Shown in pieces: positions 47,446-57,949 of a DNA stretch of 64,000 nt. Source of the DNA: an uncultured Nitrososphaerota archaeon (lineage in GTDB: Archaea > Asgardarchaeota > Njordarchaeia > Njordarchaeales > Panguiarchaeaceae); contig CAZWPQ010000001.1 of NCBI GenBank assembly GCA_964636085.1, positions 73,427 to 137,426 on the forward strand, written 5' to 3'. A model generated the notes under the pieces. It saw only the letters and a program-made list of their open reading frames with translations, was not told where the DNA came from and made no database searches. Each line of letters starts with the position of its first letter. The first letter of the stretch is position 1. Both the position numbers and the translations under genes were made by a program.

Positions 47446-47691
47446 TTATTTTTTCTTCAGCTGATTTAAGAGGCTAATAACTTTTGAGCCCACATCGCTG
47501 ATTGGTTCAAATGCCGCTCCAGCCATTTTAAAACCACAATTTCTACACTCCCATAGGCCCACGGATACCCACTTTAGTGATTTCTTTTTGCAGTTAGGAC
47601 ATATGTATCGTCTTTTCTTTTTCTTCTCAATTTTTTCAACCCTTTTTCTTATCGTGGATCCATACCTTGGGCCAAATCTTCTTGTAGACAT
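47446..47691 (-). CDS. rpl37ae: 50S ribosomal protein L37ae (eL43)
   Basis: RFGPRYGSTIRKR, CPNC, GLWECRNCG...AGAAF. Confidence 0.97.
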   Translation of the reverse strand: MSTRRFGPRYGSTIRKRVEKIEKKKKRRYICPNCKKKSLKWVSVGLWECRNCGFKMAGAAFEPISDVGSKVISLLNQLKKK

Positions 47692-47719
47692 TATTGGAAC
47701 ACCTACTAGCTATCTATTA

Positions 47720-48556
47720 TTATGACTTAATCTGTTTTAATACTATTTCCCTTATTTTCTCAGCCCTAGATTTTATATCTTCGGCTATAAACTTTATATC
47801 GTCTATATCCACGGCTCCCCGACCACTTTTTTGTATCCCCACAATGTTCCCCCTAGATAGCCCCATCGTCAATTTATAATCTAGCAATAATTCTTCTTGA
47901 TTCGTTGGATCCAAAATTATCTTGTCAAGCAGTTTTCCATACGTCAATTGTATAGGCATATTCTCAATCCTAACTTTGAGAGGAGTAAACTCGTCTCTGA
48001 CCAATACTGGCCTATCATTCTCAAATGTGACCCTAGGTAACCTTGCCGTCATCAACGCACCTATTGCTCCATAAAATGCTGCGTCTACTAGGTTGCCATT
48101 GTCATCTATCGGATACAAATCAATAAATATCAAATACACGACTTTTCCAGGCTCTATACATAGACTCTCCAAATCTATAAATTCAGAGCTCCTAATTACT
48201 CTATCTACTACTCTTGCCGCCTCTATACCTGGTTCGCTGGGAGGACCCAACTCAAAACTAGGCGAAGCTATTGGCATCGTCTCCATATTCACAATAAAAG
48301 CCCCCTGATTAGGAGTATCTGGATATGGAGAGCCGACGGATACTTTTATTCCAGCTATAACTTTTGTCTTACCGAGGGATGCAAAACACGAGCCCTCTGC
48401 CTTCTCGATGTAGTTGGGTACTAGTTTTAGTTGACGCATCTCTAATAGATCGCGGCCATCGGGACGTCTATTCTTCTGCAAGTAATTGTATATTGCATTT
48501 TTTTCTATGCTTGTAAGGAATATACGACGTGCGGATGGCAAAAACTCTGTGGACAT
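47720..48556 (-). CDS. rrp42: exosome subunit Rrp42
   Basis: RPDGR...EMR, AEGS...LG.T.V..GIK, PYPDTPNQG, ARVVDR, DDNGNL.DA. Confidence 0.95.
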   Translation of the reverse strand: MSTEFLPSARRIFLTSIEKNAIYNYLQKNRRPDGRDLLEMRQLKLVPNYIEKAEGSCFASLGKTKVIAGIKVSVGSPYPDTPNQGAFIVNMETMPIASPSFELGPPSEPGIEAARVVDRVIRSSEFIDLESLCIEPGKVVYLIFIDLYPIDDNGNLVDAAFYGAIGALMTARLPRVTFENDRPVLVRDEFTPLKVRIENMPIQLTYGKLLDKIILDPTNQEELLLDYKLTMGLSRGNIVGIQKSGRGAVDIDDIKFIAEDIKSRAEKIREIVLKQIKS

Positions 48557-48559
48557 TTT

Positions 48560-49318
48560 TCACTCACCTATATCAGCATCAACACTTTTAGCAATCTTCA
48601 AATATTTCCTTCTCAATGTCTCTCTCTGCATCTCATATATCTTTTTCATCGCTTTAACACCGACATCTAACACATTCCCTATCACGTCTACTGGGAATAT
48701 ATGATCGGCTTGCAATAGTGTTATCTTATTACATGATGGCATCATGGCCATAGGTATGTCAGCACATAGATCATCCTCCGCGGCGTTTAGATCCACCAAA
48801 ATTTTACCATCAAAATATCCCACAGCTACCGAGGCCACCAAGTCCTGCATCGGGATGCCCGCATAAGCTAGTGCGAGGGAAGCAGCATTTATGCTGGCAG
48901 TACGTGTCCCCCCATCCGCCTGTAAAACGAGGCAATATACCCTTATCATCATCCTAGGAAATTCCTCCAATAGTAGAGCTGGCTCTAGAGCTTCTCTGAT
49001 AACTTTGGATAGCTCTATCTCCCTACGTGAGGGGGAAGGACTTTTTCTCTCCTCGGTGGAGAATGTAGCCATCCTGTATGCTACATCCAAAATAGCCCGA
49101 TCTGGATCCGCTATGTGTGATGGGACGCATTCCATTGGTCCTCTTACAACACATAATACCCTCGTCTTCCCCATAGATACCATTGCTGATCCCTCCGCCC
49201 TCTCGACTATCCCCACGTCCATCGTTATGGGTCTAGGCTCTAGTAGGTCTCTACCATCTATTCTCTTGCCTTTCCTGAGCAATTCTATTACTTCTTCCTT
49301 TGAAACTTTCATCTCCAT
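48560..49318 (-). CDS. rrp41: exosome subunit Rrp41
   Basis: RIDGR...E.R, YRMATFSTEERK, RREIELSKVI, LQADGGTR, DLN..ED. Confidence 0.97.
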   Translation of the reverse strand: MEMKVSKEEVIELLRKGKRIDGRDLLEPRPITMDVGIVERAEGSAMVSMGKTRVLCVVRGPMECVPSHIADPDRAILDVAYRMATFSTEERKSPSPSRREIELSKVIREALEPALLLEEFPRMMIRVYCLVLQADGGTRTASINAASLALAYAGIPMQDLVASVAVGYFDGKILVDLNAAEDDLCADIPMAMMPSCNKITLLQADHIFPVDVIGNVLDVGVKAMKKIYEMQRETLRRKYLKIAKSVDADIGE

Positions 49319-50016
49319 TCCCCTCTTTGTATTTTATGCATACCATTCATTAATTCCTTTTGAATTCTTTTTGTTAGTCCCACTGTATGGGATTCTCTCT
49401 CTATTTTTTTGATGGCGTATTCTACGAGCTCCTCTATTTCAGGCCGTTCGGCTTTTATCCATATTATTCCATTGGCGCCTACTCTCACATCTGCCTTGGT
49501 TATCCTCTTAATGGTTTCTAGCATTGTGCTCTTGACCCCTATAACACGAGGGATTTTAACTGGATTTATCGATATTAATCGGCCACCTTCAAGCTTACCG
49601 TATCCTTTATCGCGACATGTTAGTAATGGAGATATCCCTACACCTACATGCGCAACTTTAGCATATACTACGTCGCCAATTTTTAGGTAGTCAGTTGTTT
49701 TTTCCTTGCTCGCATCAAATGGTCTCTTGAGAAACTCCGATACATCAAGTCGTGCCCTCCATACATAATTAATCTCCAACATCCAATATACCACCGAGTA
49801 GTCAACAACTATACCTATTATACTATCACCCCTCCTAGGCGTATATGAGCCCGATAGGGGAACCACATTTATATCTCTCCCCTTAATCCTGAGTAGACCT
49901 ATTCTAGTAGCCACTATACTTCCATCAGGTCTTCTAATAACTGCTCCTTTGATGTTATAATCTCCTCCCCTAACAATAACTTCCCCAGGTAGGACTATCT
50001 TGGATGATTTCTTCAA
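49309..50016 (-). CDS. rrp4: exosome RNA-binding subunit Rrp4
   Basis: VLPGE, YTPRRGD.IIG.V, GKLEGG, KIPRVIG, GANG.IW, ESHTVGLT. Confidence 0.95.
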   Translation of the reverse strand: MKKSSKIVLPGEVIVRGGDYNIKGAVIRRPDGSIVATRIGLLRIKGRDINVVPLSGSYTPRRGDSIIGIVVDYSVVYWMLEINYVWRARLDVSEFLKRPFDASKEKTTDYLKIGDVVYAKVAHVGVGISPLLTCRDKGYGKLEGGRLISINPVKIPRVIGVKSTMLETIKRITKADVRVGANGIIWIKAERPEIEELVEYAIKKIERESHTVGLTKRIQKELMNGMHKIQRGEWR

Positions 50017-50061
50017 TTTAGCCGACCTTAACTATATGTTTGCGGATTTATGAGACCTACT

Positions 50062-50907
50062 TTATTCTATTGTCTTTCTAGAGATTATCTCCAACTTAAC
50101 AAGGCCCCTTGTGGTCTCTGTCAACATATTTGACAACTTTAGGAACATACCTGCAGGTATCTCTAATTCGGCCTCCAGTGTTCCATCTTCTAACCATTTT
50201 TGATTGCACATTGTGGCATATTGCAGTATTTTTCCATATAGTTGCCCCGTATAGGCTGGCGGGACGCGTAGTCTAGCTATAATTATCTCCAGCCTTATGG
50301 GAATTACATCTTTTAGATATTTTATGACAATTGGGATGATATCCTTTATATCCATAAATGGATCTATGTTGACGCCTTTACCCAGGGCTTTTTTGAATGC
50401 CTCAGCGAGTTTCATTGGAGGGTATGGTGCATTTGTCGCGGGGTTTATCGCGTATTTTTGGATATAACGTAACATCTTGTTCATTTTTTCTTCAATGAGG
50501 CGATTCCTAACCTGTTCTGGTAGCTTAAGAAACCCCTTTTCAAGTATAATTTTTGCTGCTTCATGATGTACTTTTTCGTCGTCCCAATCTTCTATTTCAT
50601 CCATGATTTTCTTCTTCTCATCATCCTTTAGACTTCTGCCTAGTTTTTTCTCAAGCTTGTCTATAGCGACCTCATACAGCATCTTTCTTAGATCTTCAGT
50701 TGGGGACAATTCGCCCTTATTTATGTCGGAAAACACATATGGATGAATTATAACGTCGTCTATCATTACCTCTTGCCCCATTTTGTATTTTATTGCTTCA
50801 TTAGTATCCACTACAATCTGAAATTTCTTTCCCCATCTTTCATAGACCACAAACGAGTATTTCTCGCCAAAATCCATCCTTGACCAAGTGCCTCTCCATC
50901 TGGACAT
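50062..50907 (-). CDS. ribosome maturation protein SBDS/Sdo1 with insertion
   Basis: GKKFQIVVD, VFSDINKGE, AINPAT.APYPP, W..DG.L...LEIPAG; precedes rrp4. Confidence 0.92.
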   Translation of the reverse strand: MSRWRGTWSRMDFGEKYSFVVYERWGKKFQIVVDTNEAIKYKMGQEVMIDDVIIHPYVFSDINKGELSPTEDLRKMLYEVAIDKLEKKLGRSLKDDEKKKIMDEIEDWDDEKVHHEAAKIILEKGFLKLPEQVRNRLIEEKMNKMLRYIQKYAINPATNAPYPPMKLAEAFKKALGKGVNIDPFMDIKDIIPIVIKYLKDVIPIRLEIIIARLRVPPAYTGQLYGKILQYATMCNQKWLEDGTLEAELEIPAGMFLKLSNMLTETTRGLVKLEIISRKTIE

Positions 50908-50923
50908 AAATGGGACCCCTTAA

Positions 50924-51295
50924 CTATTCGCTATAGAGATAGTACAATATAACAAGAATGCTCAAGACCACAAACAAATATAGGAACCTCTGCGTTAACC
51001 CTAGGGCGTACATATATAAGAGGGGAGGAGTATATGCAAATGCTAATGTTATCACCCCCGGCTCTCTTCCATGATACTCCACTATACTGCCAAAGAATAC
51101 CATCGATAAAATAAATGCGAGCGTTATTAGGATTATCTGGACAATAATCACACTTACATATGCTATTCCCTGTCCCTCCTTAATAATCCCTAGTCCCTCC
51201 GCGGTGGTCCAAAGACCACCCGCTAGGATTAGAATTATCAACATCAAAATTAGAGATTTAAACGTAGTCTGCTTGAGTTCCAATCGCGTAACCAA
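50924..51295 (-). CDS. small 4-TM hypothetical membrane protein
   Basis: Four hydrophobic segments; co-oriented between rpl37e and SBDS. Confidence 0.65.
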   Translation of the reverse strand: MVTRLELKQTTFKSLILMLIILILAGGLWTTAEGLGIIKEGQGIAYVSVIIVQIILITLAFILSMVFFGSIVEYHGREPGVITLAFAYTPPLLYMYALGLTQRFLYLFVVLSILVILYYLYSE

Positions 51296-51304
51296 TCGTA
51301 TCCC

Positions 51305-51535
51305 CTACAAAAACTTCTTAACGCTAGGAACCTTCCAATATCTTCTGTAAAATACCCTATATCTCCGATAGTATGGTTCCCTCCAATTATAACTTCGCAA
51401 TTTACTCGACCTCCCGTAACCGCATGCAGCACAGTATTTGTGACGAATGTGATACGCATGCCTTCCACATCTCCTACATCTTATATGTGTCTTCCCCTTA
51501 CCTCTTTTTCCGAACGATGGTGTGCCTTTGCCCAT
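51305..51535 (-). CDS. rpl37e: 50S ribosomal protein L37e
   Basis: [11 protein letters not shown]...[14 protein letters not shown]....CAACGYG. Confidence 0.98.
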   Translation of the reverse strand: MGKGTPSFGKRGKGKTHIRCRRCGRHAYHIRHKYCAACGYGRSSKLRSYNWREPYYRRYRVFYRRYWKVPSVKKFL

Positions 51536-51552
51536 ACCTATTACCTCCTTAT

Positions 51553-51816
51553 TTAGGTCCCGCTACCCTTATATTGTAATGCTGGAAATACGATAAAAAC
51601 AACAACATCTCCCCTAATTATAACATCACCTAATGTCCTTAGCTCCCCATTCTCCAATATCTGTTGGGCTCTATTGATTGTTAAATTTAAATGAACATCA
51701 AATCCCTTTAGCTTGCCCCTTATCAGCCTACCCCCCTTGAGTTTGACAACAACATCATTGTTTAATGACCATACTAGGGCTTCTTTTGGCTTCATTGTTA
51801 TTGTTTCTGACGTCAT
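51553..51816 (-). CDS. Sm-like archaeal protein (SmAP1/Lsm)
   Basis: [26 protein letters not shown]; adjacent to rpl37e. Confidence 0.95.
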   Translation of the reverse strand: MTSETITMKPKEALVWSLNNDVVVKLKGGRLIRGKLKGFDVHLNLTINRAQQILENGELRTLGDVIIRGDVVVFIVFPALQYKGSGT

Positions 51817-51871
51817 CCAGCATCCACTCTTATTATTCGACTACTAACAATATTCTAAAAAACATGACTAT

Positions 51872-53161
51872 TTAATGCAATATATCAAAGACTAAGGGAG
51901 CAGTAAAGTTTAATATCAACATAACAGTCACTAGGACATTTACTACAAAAAATATAACTCTCTGATGTCTTACTTTCTTCTCAATTAGATATGCATTTAA
52001 CCATTGTGCACCGTCAAGCACAAAGCATGGAAGTACATTCAGAATCACAACCAAGAATTCTACGATAAAGCTAACATATACGAAGAAGTAAATGTAGAAC
52101 ATCGCCTCGTCAGATATCCATGATATTCTACTTTTGTAGTATTGGGAAATCTCTACTCCTATATAGGGCCTCTGTTCCTTTTTGCCCAAAATTAGTTCAA
52201 TTGTGAGTTCACTTCCATGACGTTCCACGGTTATATAAGCAACATGGCCTGGTTTGGCATTTTTCATGAAGTTATTTAAATCATCTATGGTTCTGATCCG
52301 AGTATTGTTCATTGCCAATATTATGTCATGATATTTTAGGCCATATCTGTCGGCGGGACTGTTTGGTATTATTTTCTCTATCCTTAAGCCATATTCTTCG
52401 CATAGATGGGTTCCTCTGATTGTTAAATAAGTTGCGTAGAATATGGCTAGTAACAGCAAATTCGCTATTACACCGACTGCCACGATTCTCCTAAATCTCC
52501 TTAAATGCGTTCTTGATCGACCCGCATTAGAATTATCACTAGTACGCAAACCCTTAGCCGATTTTTTATCAACTGTGATAAAATCCCTATTTGACATACA
52601 GTTTTTAATGGTATCCGTGGATTCTCTCAATAACTCATCTATTTTTGGTTCCACAAATCCTCCAAATATACCTAGCGAAACTATAAATCCAGCCGATTCT
52701 ACAACGACATCCTCGGCTATTGATACGGTGCCATGAAAGAATTCATGCAATATAACTGCAGGTGTGATTGCAACAATTAATAATAGAAAGAACTTCCCAA
52801 ATGGGATTGTTACTGTGGGAATGACAACAACAAATTGTGTGCCTATAGGGAGTCCATATAGCAATAACAAAACATTTTTCATCATAGCTATGAAGTTTAT
52901 GGTTATGTATGATATACCCAGCAACATTATTAGGGGAAAAACCCTGTTCGAAAAAGCACCCAATTTTCGCCAGAATCTTCTTCTCTTCTCAGCCGATTTT
53001 GCTATCATCTCTAAAAATTTATCGGATTCATAGAACAAGATGAGCGGATATATTTTTAGCTTTCCCCTATTCCCAGTTATCTTCTCCCATATCAAATAGG
53101 CCAGAGTCCATACTATCAGCAATAATAGTGCTTTGTTTGATGTTATGAGACCTATGTTCAT
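51872..53161 (-). CDS. site-2 protease (M50) with PDZ domain
   Basis: HEFFH, GGFVEP, PNSPA...GL...D.I, NVLP...LDG. Confidence 0.93.
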   Translation of the reverse strand: MNIGLITSNKALLLLIVWTLAYLIWEKITGNRGKLKIYPLILFYESDKFLEMIAKSAEKRRRFWRKLGAFSNRVFPLIMLLGISYITINFIAMMKNVLLLLYGLPIGTQFVVVIPTVTIPFGKFFLLLIVAITPAVILHEFFHGTVSIAEDVVVESAGFIVSLGIFGGFVEPKIDELLRESTDTIKNCMSNRDFITVDKKSAKGLRTSDNSNAGRSRTHLRRFRRIVAVGVIANLLLLAIFYATYLTIRGTHLCEEYGLRIEKIIPNSPADRYGLKYHDIILAMNNTRIRTIDDLNNFMKNAKPGHVAYITVERHGSELTIELILGKKEQRPYIGVEISQYYKSRISWISDEAMFYIYFFVYVSFIVEFLVVILNVLPCFVLDGAQWLNAYLIEKKVRHQRVIFFVVNVLVTVMLILNFTAPLVFDILH

Positions 53162-53164
53162 TAT

Positions 53165-54268
53165 TTAGCGCCGAATAACTGCTCGGGACTCGATCAAAAG
53201 CTTCGTTATCGACAATAACTTCGTAGCCGAGTATATGTCTTCCACACCTGGCAACAAAACGTCAGAAATAAATTCTGTTGTCTGATCCAATATAAATTGT
53301 GCGAATTTTTTATCTGAAAGTCTATGTATAAGACTTACTAATGTTTCTGTGTTTGATATAAAATACATAAGATTCTTATCCTTATGTATGTCAAAAACTG
53401 CAGAAAAATTATTGGTTAACATGTCCATCAACAACTCATGTACGCGAGGAGGAACCTCGACATTAAAACTCAGAAGCCATTCAATACTCTTCAAAATGTA
53501 TCTCAGAATTTTTTTCTCTAGATTTATTCCTATGACCTCCAAATCCTCTTGACTTAAACCACCACCTTCAAGTAGCTTCCCCCTCAGTATGACCTCCTGC
53601 GTATGTATATCTGAGACCTCTGGATCTATCTTCACTACTATTTTACAAATCCTCCTCGAAAGTGGTAACAATAATTTTTGAGTTTGTTCATAAGAAACTG
53701 CATCAGAACACGAATATATAGCATCTATTATTGGTACGAAATATTTCGTATTATCGATATTCGAAATGTTAAGCTTTTCTATAAATCTATTTATGAACTT
53801 AAACCCTCTTATTATTGGAACCATACTCATGCCTCGGGCGCGACCTAAAGCTTCTAGCGCTCGAGATGTTTGATATATGACCCCATCATAAATTTCATTT
53901 GTCAGTGTGATGCTATTGACAGAAAACATGCCGTCTATCCTCTGTAGTTCACACCAAGCCCCATCCAGTTCTTTTCTAGAGAATTCAGCTCCCCCCCTCT
54001 TATTAACTTGCCTGTTCAAGATGTACTTAGCTATATCCGATGTAAGAAAGGATATCTGTGGGAAGTCGATTAGATACTTAAATGACAGCATCATTATATT
54101 GGATATTCTAATACGGGACTCCATAGAATCCATCATATCCTCTAATAAGCCATTGCTAATATTGTATATCAAGTAATCAAGGAACTTAGAAAGTTCTGTG
54201 ATCGCTAACTTCACTATCGTCCTTTCACGAGCTATCCTGACCACCCAGTATAAGCATAACTCTTGCAT
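53165..54268 (-). CDS. hypothetical helical protein
   Basis: 367-aa ORF, 3 nt upstream of the S2P gene, no recognised motif. Confidence 0.65.
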   Translation of the reverse strand: MQELCLYWVVRIARERTIVKLAITELSKFLDYLIYNISNGLLEDMMDSMESRIRISNIMMLSFKYLIDFPQISFLTSDIAKYILNRQVNKRGGAEFSRKELDGAWCELQRIDGMFSVNSITLTNEIYDGVIYQTSRALEALGRARGMSMVPIIRGFKFINRFIEKLNISNIDNTKYFVPIIDAIYSCSDAVSYEQTQKLLLPLSRRICKIVVKIDPEVSDIHTQEVILRGKLLEGGGLSQEDLEVIGINLEKKILRYILKSIEWLLSFNVEVPPRVHELLMDMLTNNFSAVFDIHKDKNLMYFISNTETLVSLIHRLSDKKFAQFILDQTTEFISDVLLPGVEDIYSATKLLSITKLLIESRAVIRR

Positions 54269-54376
54269 TTTTATATTAAGTAGTAGGGAAATCTTATAAA
54301 TATTATGTATTTAGAGCAATATATACATGATTACAGAATTTCGTAAAGACAAGAAAATATTATACGTGAGGTACCT

Positions 54377-55426
54377 ATGAGCTTACAAAAAGTTACTGGC
54401 GACATAGAAAGAATGTATGATCAATTTAAGATAAGGCCTATCTCCGAGATCTACAATATGCTTCCTTGGAACCATTTCTTAGAGATGGACTTGATAGTAG
54501 CACATAGGGATCTCGATGCTATTCTCAATGAAAAAAAATGGGCGATCGTTAGTGGTAGAGGGCCTAGTGGCCCACTACACTTAGGGCATATCCTCCTATT
54601 CAAACTAGTGGCTTGGTTTCAGAAGACTTTTGATGTATATGCATTCATACCTTTGTCAGACGATGAAAAATTCGTTTTTGATAAGATAAAATCGTTAGAT
54701 GACGCAGAATACTGGGGCCTCGAAAACGCAAAGTGGATAGCTGCATTAGGTTTTGACCCCAAAAAAACTAGGATCTACATCTCCTCTATGCATCCGTGGG
54801 TATATAGGCATGCTCTAAATGTTTCAAAGTATCTTACTATAAGCACTATAAAAGGGGCTCTTGGAATCGATGACTCTAAGAACATTGGAATACCTTTTTA
54901 TGCAGCCGTCCAAATAGTTCATATAATCCAACCTACGCTTGATTTTGGACTACGGACACTTGTTCCAATAGCCTTGGATCAGGATGTTTTTATGAGACTC
55001 ACAAGGGACGTCGCTGAAAGAATGCATATACCTAAACCAGCATCAGTTTATGTAAAATTTCTCCCTGGACTACAGAATATCCCTATGTCCAGTTCTGCCC
55101 CCGAGACAGCAATATACGTTACAGATGACAATAGAACAATCTATAACAAGATTATGAGAGCCCATTCTGGGGGGGGCATATCTACACAACACCAGAGAAA
55201 AAATGGGGGGGATCCAGATAAATGCGTCATTTTTGAATGGCTAAAAGCTTTTTACTTCAAAAGTAGACTACATGCTGAACGGTACGCTGAGGCGTGCAGA
55301 ACTGGACAAATCATATGTGGCTATGACTGTAAGCCACTTTTCTATGAAACAGTTATAAAATTCTTGGAAGAATTAAAGGATAGGGCCAATAAAATAGATC
55401 TTGATAAATTCTTGTGGAGACCTTAA
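54377..55426 (+). CDS. trpS: tryptophan--tRNA ligase
   Basis: AHRDLD, SGRGPSGPLHLGH, SDDEK, DQD.F.RLTRD, PMSSS. Confidence 0.96.
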   Translation: MSLQKVTGDIERMYDQFKIRPISEIYNMLPWNHFLEMDLIVAHRDLDAILNEKKWAIVSGRGPSGPLHLGHILLFKLVAWFQKTFDVYAFIPLSDDEKFVFDKIKSLDDAEYWGLENAKWIAALGFDPKKTRIYISSMHPWVYRHALNVSKYLTISTIKGALGIDDSKNIGIPFYAAVQIVHIIQPTLDFGLRTLVPIALDQDVFMRLTRDVAERMHIPKPASVYVKFLPGLQNIPMSSSAPETAIYVTDDNRTIYNKIMRAHSGGGISTQHQRKNGGDPDKCVIFEWLKAFYFKSRLHAERYAEACRTGQIICGYDCKPLFYETVIKFLEELKDRANKIDLDKFLWRP

Positions 55427-55701
55427 CCTCTTTTAGATTTTTTGTCATTGTTTTTTGGTCTAATAATATACCATGAACCCATCCGTGTCACACTATATTC
55501 TCTCGATAGTCTCTTAAGTATGAATTGTGCGCCCCTACGGCCTTGAAGTAATTTTTTCAACCACCTTATCCTTACGATAGCATAGGGATTTGTCTTAAGT
55601 TCGTTTTCTATGTGTTTCTTTAATTTCACATATACATTCTCAACAACATCAGAGAATAGTTTCTCATCATAGTTTTCTTCCATTACCACCACTATTAGCA
55701 T
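55423..55701 (-). CDS. small basic hypothetical protein
   Basis: 92-aa ORF with GTGGT SD before internal MEENY. Confidence 0.5.
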   Translation of the reverse strand: MLIVVVMEENYDEKLFSDVVENVYVKLKKHIENELKTNPYAIVRIRWLKKLLQGRRGAQFILKRLSREYSVTRMGSWYIIRPKNNDKKSKRG

Positions 55702-55763
55702 CCTTTAGATAATTGAAAAACATCTACTATGACATAAAAAATCAAATTAAGGAAGGATATATA

Positions 55764-57533
55764 TTATCTATGTGCAAACAATATATAGATGACCTCTCCT
55801 TCATTCCTATGTATGCGTCCCCACCCATATCTCTCCATTTGAACATACTCCCCATTCAATAACATCTGGGCTGCATGTTCTACCAACCCCTCAATTGTCC
55901 CCGTTGGTGTTATTAAAAACGCATGCAAAGACAAATCACCAGCCGGCACCCAATGTATCTTGTCTACTCCCTTAACCTCGTCGATACCTGCTTCTTCAGC
56001 CACAATCTTGTTTGCGATAGGATCTATGCTTACAATTCTTATATTCATTAGGCCCTTTAGCCTTAATATATTGTCTGCCTCGCTTGCTCTTCTAATCGTT
56101 TCCATGTCTAATTTAGATACATATAGATTGAGGATCTTATCGCCATCCTCAATTTGGGGTCTTAGTCTATATTCTCTATAACCCGCTTCCTCTTTGCCTG
56201 GAATCCATGGATTTCTCGAAACATATAAATCATTACTAACCCTAACCTCCATAGCTACAGGCTGTTCTACAAAGAATATTCTTTTTGCTATAGGCGACAA
56301 TATCCTTGCATTGTAGGTATAAAGAGTTTTAAGCGATAAGTCTTTTATATCATGCTTTGTCATACCGACATGTTCTGCCAACATTTTAATCGCTTCAGGA
56401 TGTATACCTTTTGCCAACAACGCTCTAATCGTTATCAATCTTGGATCATCCCACCCCTCCATCTCCCTACGTCTCAAAGCGGCCCTTATGTCTCTTTTAT
56501 GTGCTGGCACCCCCGTAATCTTTATCATTCCATACTCGACATATGTTATGTTTACTTTCCAGCCAAAGGATTCCGCTATTATTTTCTGTATTTTTTGGTT
56601 TGTTTCATGTTCTTTTGCCCGAATTACATGAGTAATGCCGTGATGACAGTCCTCGATTATACATGCATAATTGTATAATGGATAGACCCTATACTTGTAC
56701 CCCGTCCTCGGGTGAGGCACATTCTCTATTATTCTTAGTAATGGCGGGTCACGCAATGCTGGATTATCCGCAGTTAGGTCTGTCTTTAACCTTACTACGG
56801 CTTCGCCTTCCCTGTATTCCCCAGATAACATTTTTTCCCAGTAATCCACACTCCCCTGTTTTTCTCTGTGTGGACATGGAACCTTCCTAGCGATATATTT
56901 CTTGAACTCCTCGCTTTTACAATTACATACGTATGCCTTTCCCATCTCGAATAATTTGTATGTAAGTTCATAATACATATCAAAGTTGTCCGACTCATAT
57001 ATTAACTCGTCCCACTCTAGACCTAATGCTTTTAGATCCTCTTTAATCCAATCATAATAAATCCTCTTAACGCGACGAGGATCCGTATCCTCTATCCGTA
57101 GAATAAACTTTCCATCATACTTCCTCGCATAATACCAACTAAGATATGCTGCGCGTAATACTTGACCCAAATGTATTGCGCCAGTCGGCGCAGGAGCAAA
57201 GCGTGTAACTACTTTTCCTGGCATAGCGTTTGGCAGTTCAGGAAGACCAATACGTGTTTTAGCCGACTTTTCCTTCTCCAACATATTTATTGTTATTCCA
57301 AATTCCTTCTCCAACATGGACACCTGCTCATCATATGTCATAGAGTTTACGCGATCAACCATAGATTTGACTAGGCTAAAAATATTTTTACGAGAATCTT
57401 CAGATTTTATAAGCTCCTTCACTTCTGGTACATCAACAAAAATTTTATTCAAAACGGCTTTGAACGCAGCTTTACCCTCATGATCAATAGCATTGATCAA
57501 CGCATATTTGAGTGCCACACGCTCCAATTCCAT
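55764..57533 (-). CDS. gltX: glutamate--tRNA ligase (archaeal type)
   Basis: YALINA..H.GKA, TRFAP.P.G..HLG, LRIEDTDP, NPALRDP, ITHVIRAKEH, GWDDPRL.T, QMERYG. Confidence 0.96.
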   Translation of the reverse strand: MELERVALKYALINAIDHEGKAAFKAVLNKIFVDVPEVKELIKSEDSRKNIFSLVKSMVDRVNSMTYDEQVSMLEKEFGITINMLEKEKSAKTRIGLPELPNAMPGKVVTRFAPAPTGAIHLGQVLRAAYLSWYYARKYDGKFILRIEDTDPRRVKRIYYDWIKEDLKALGLEWDELIYESDNFDMYYELTYKLFEMGKAYVCNCKSEEFKKYIARKVPCPHREKQGSVDYWEKMLSGEYREGEAVVRLKTDLTADNPALRDPPLLRIIENVPHPRTGYKYRVYPLYNYACIIEDCHHGITHVIRAKEHETNQKIQKIIAESFGWKVNITYVEYGMIKITGVPAHKRDIRAALRRREMEGWDDPRLITIRALLAKGIHPEAIKMLAEHVGMTKHDIKDLSLKTLYTYNARILSPIAKRIFFVEQPVAMEVRVSNDLYVSRNPWIPGKEEAGYREYRLRPQIEDGDKILNLYVSKLDMETIRRASEADNILRLKGLMNIRIVSIDPIANKIVAEEAGIDEVKGVDKIHWVPAGDLSLHAFLITPTGTIEGLVEHAAQMLLNGEYVQMERYGWGRIHRNEGEVIYILFAHR

Positions 57534-57726
57534 GACATATCCCTTGATTCACAAATTGTAAAAAGGATATTAAAAAATCAAACACTCCCCACAACAAACT
57601 ACTTTTTGTAGTACCCAACCCCCTAAGCCTAGCAATAGCCTTGGCATTATACCAACATTATACCAACAATTTCTAATATAGTTAACCAACACCCCCTCAG
57701 CAGATAACAATTCTATAACATAAAAA

Positions 57727-57814
57727 TGGGCCCGGCGGGATTTGAACCCGCGACTTGCAGCTTTCTTCTCTCCATTAGAAGGCTGCCGCGCTATCCTAGC
57801 TACGCCACGGGCCC
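57727..57814 (-). tRNA. tRNA-Arg(TCT) with 13-nt intron at 37/38
   Basis: GCAGC-CTTCTA[ATGGAGAGAAGAA]A-GCTGC; CTTC/GAAG BHB helix. Confidence 0.92.
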
Positions 57815-57860
57815 TGGAGGAGAGACTAATTTTATATTTATATATGAGGGGATATTCTTA

Positions 57861-57944
57861 TAGGCCCGGCCGGATTCGAACCGGCGTCAGGGGATCTCCC
57901 CCAGCACCAGAGTCCCCCATGCTTGACCTCTACACCACGGGCCT
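57861..57944 (-). tRNA. tRNA-Gln(CTG) with 11-nt intron at 37/38
   Basis: A1:U72 pair (archaeal Gln hallmark); GGGGA-CTCTGG[TGCTGGGGGAG]A-TCCCC. Confidence 0.9.
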
Positions 57945-57949
57945 ATTCT

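Noticed and set aside
57645-57666. Tandem repeat CATTATACCAA x2
   Set aside because: Only two adjacent copies with no spacers; not CRISPR-like and no supportable function
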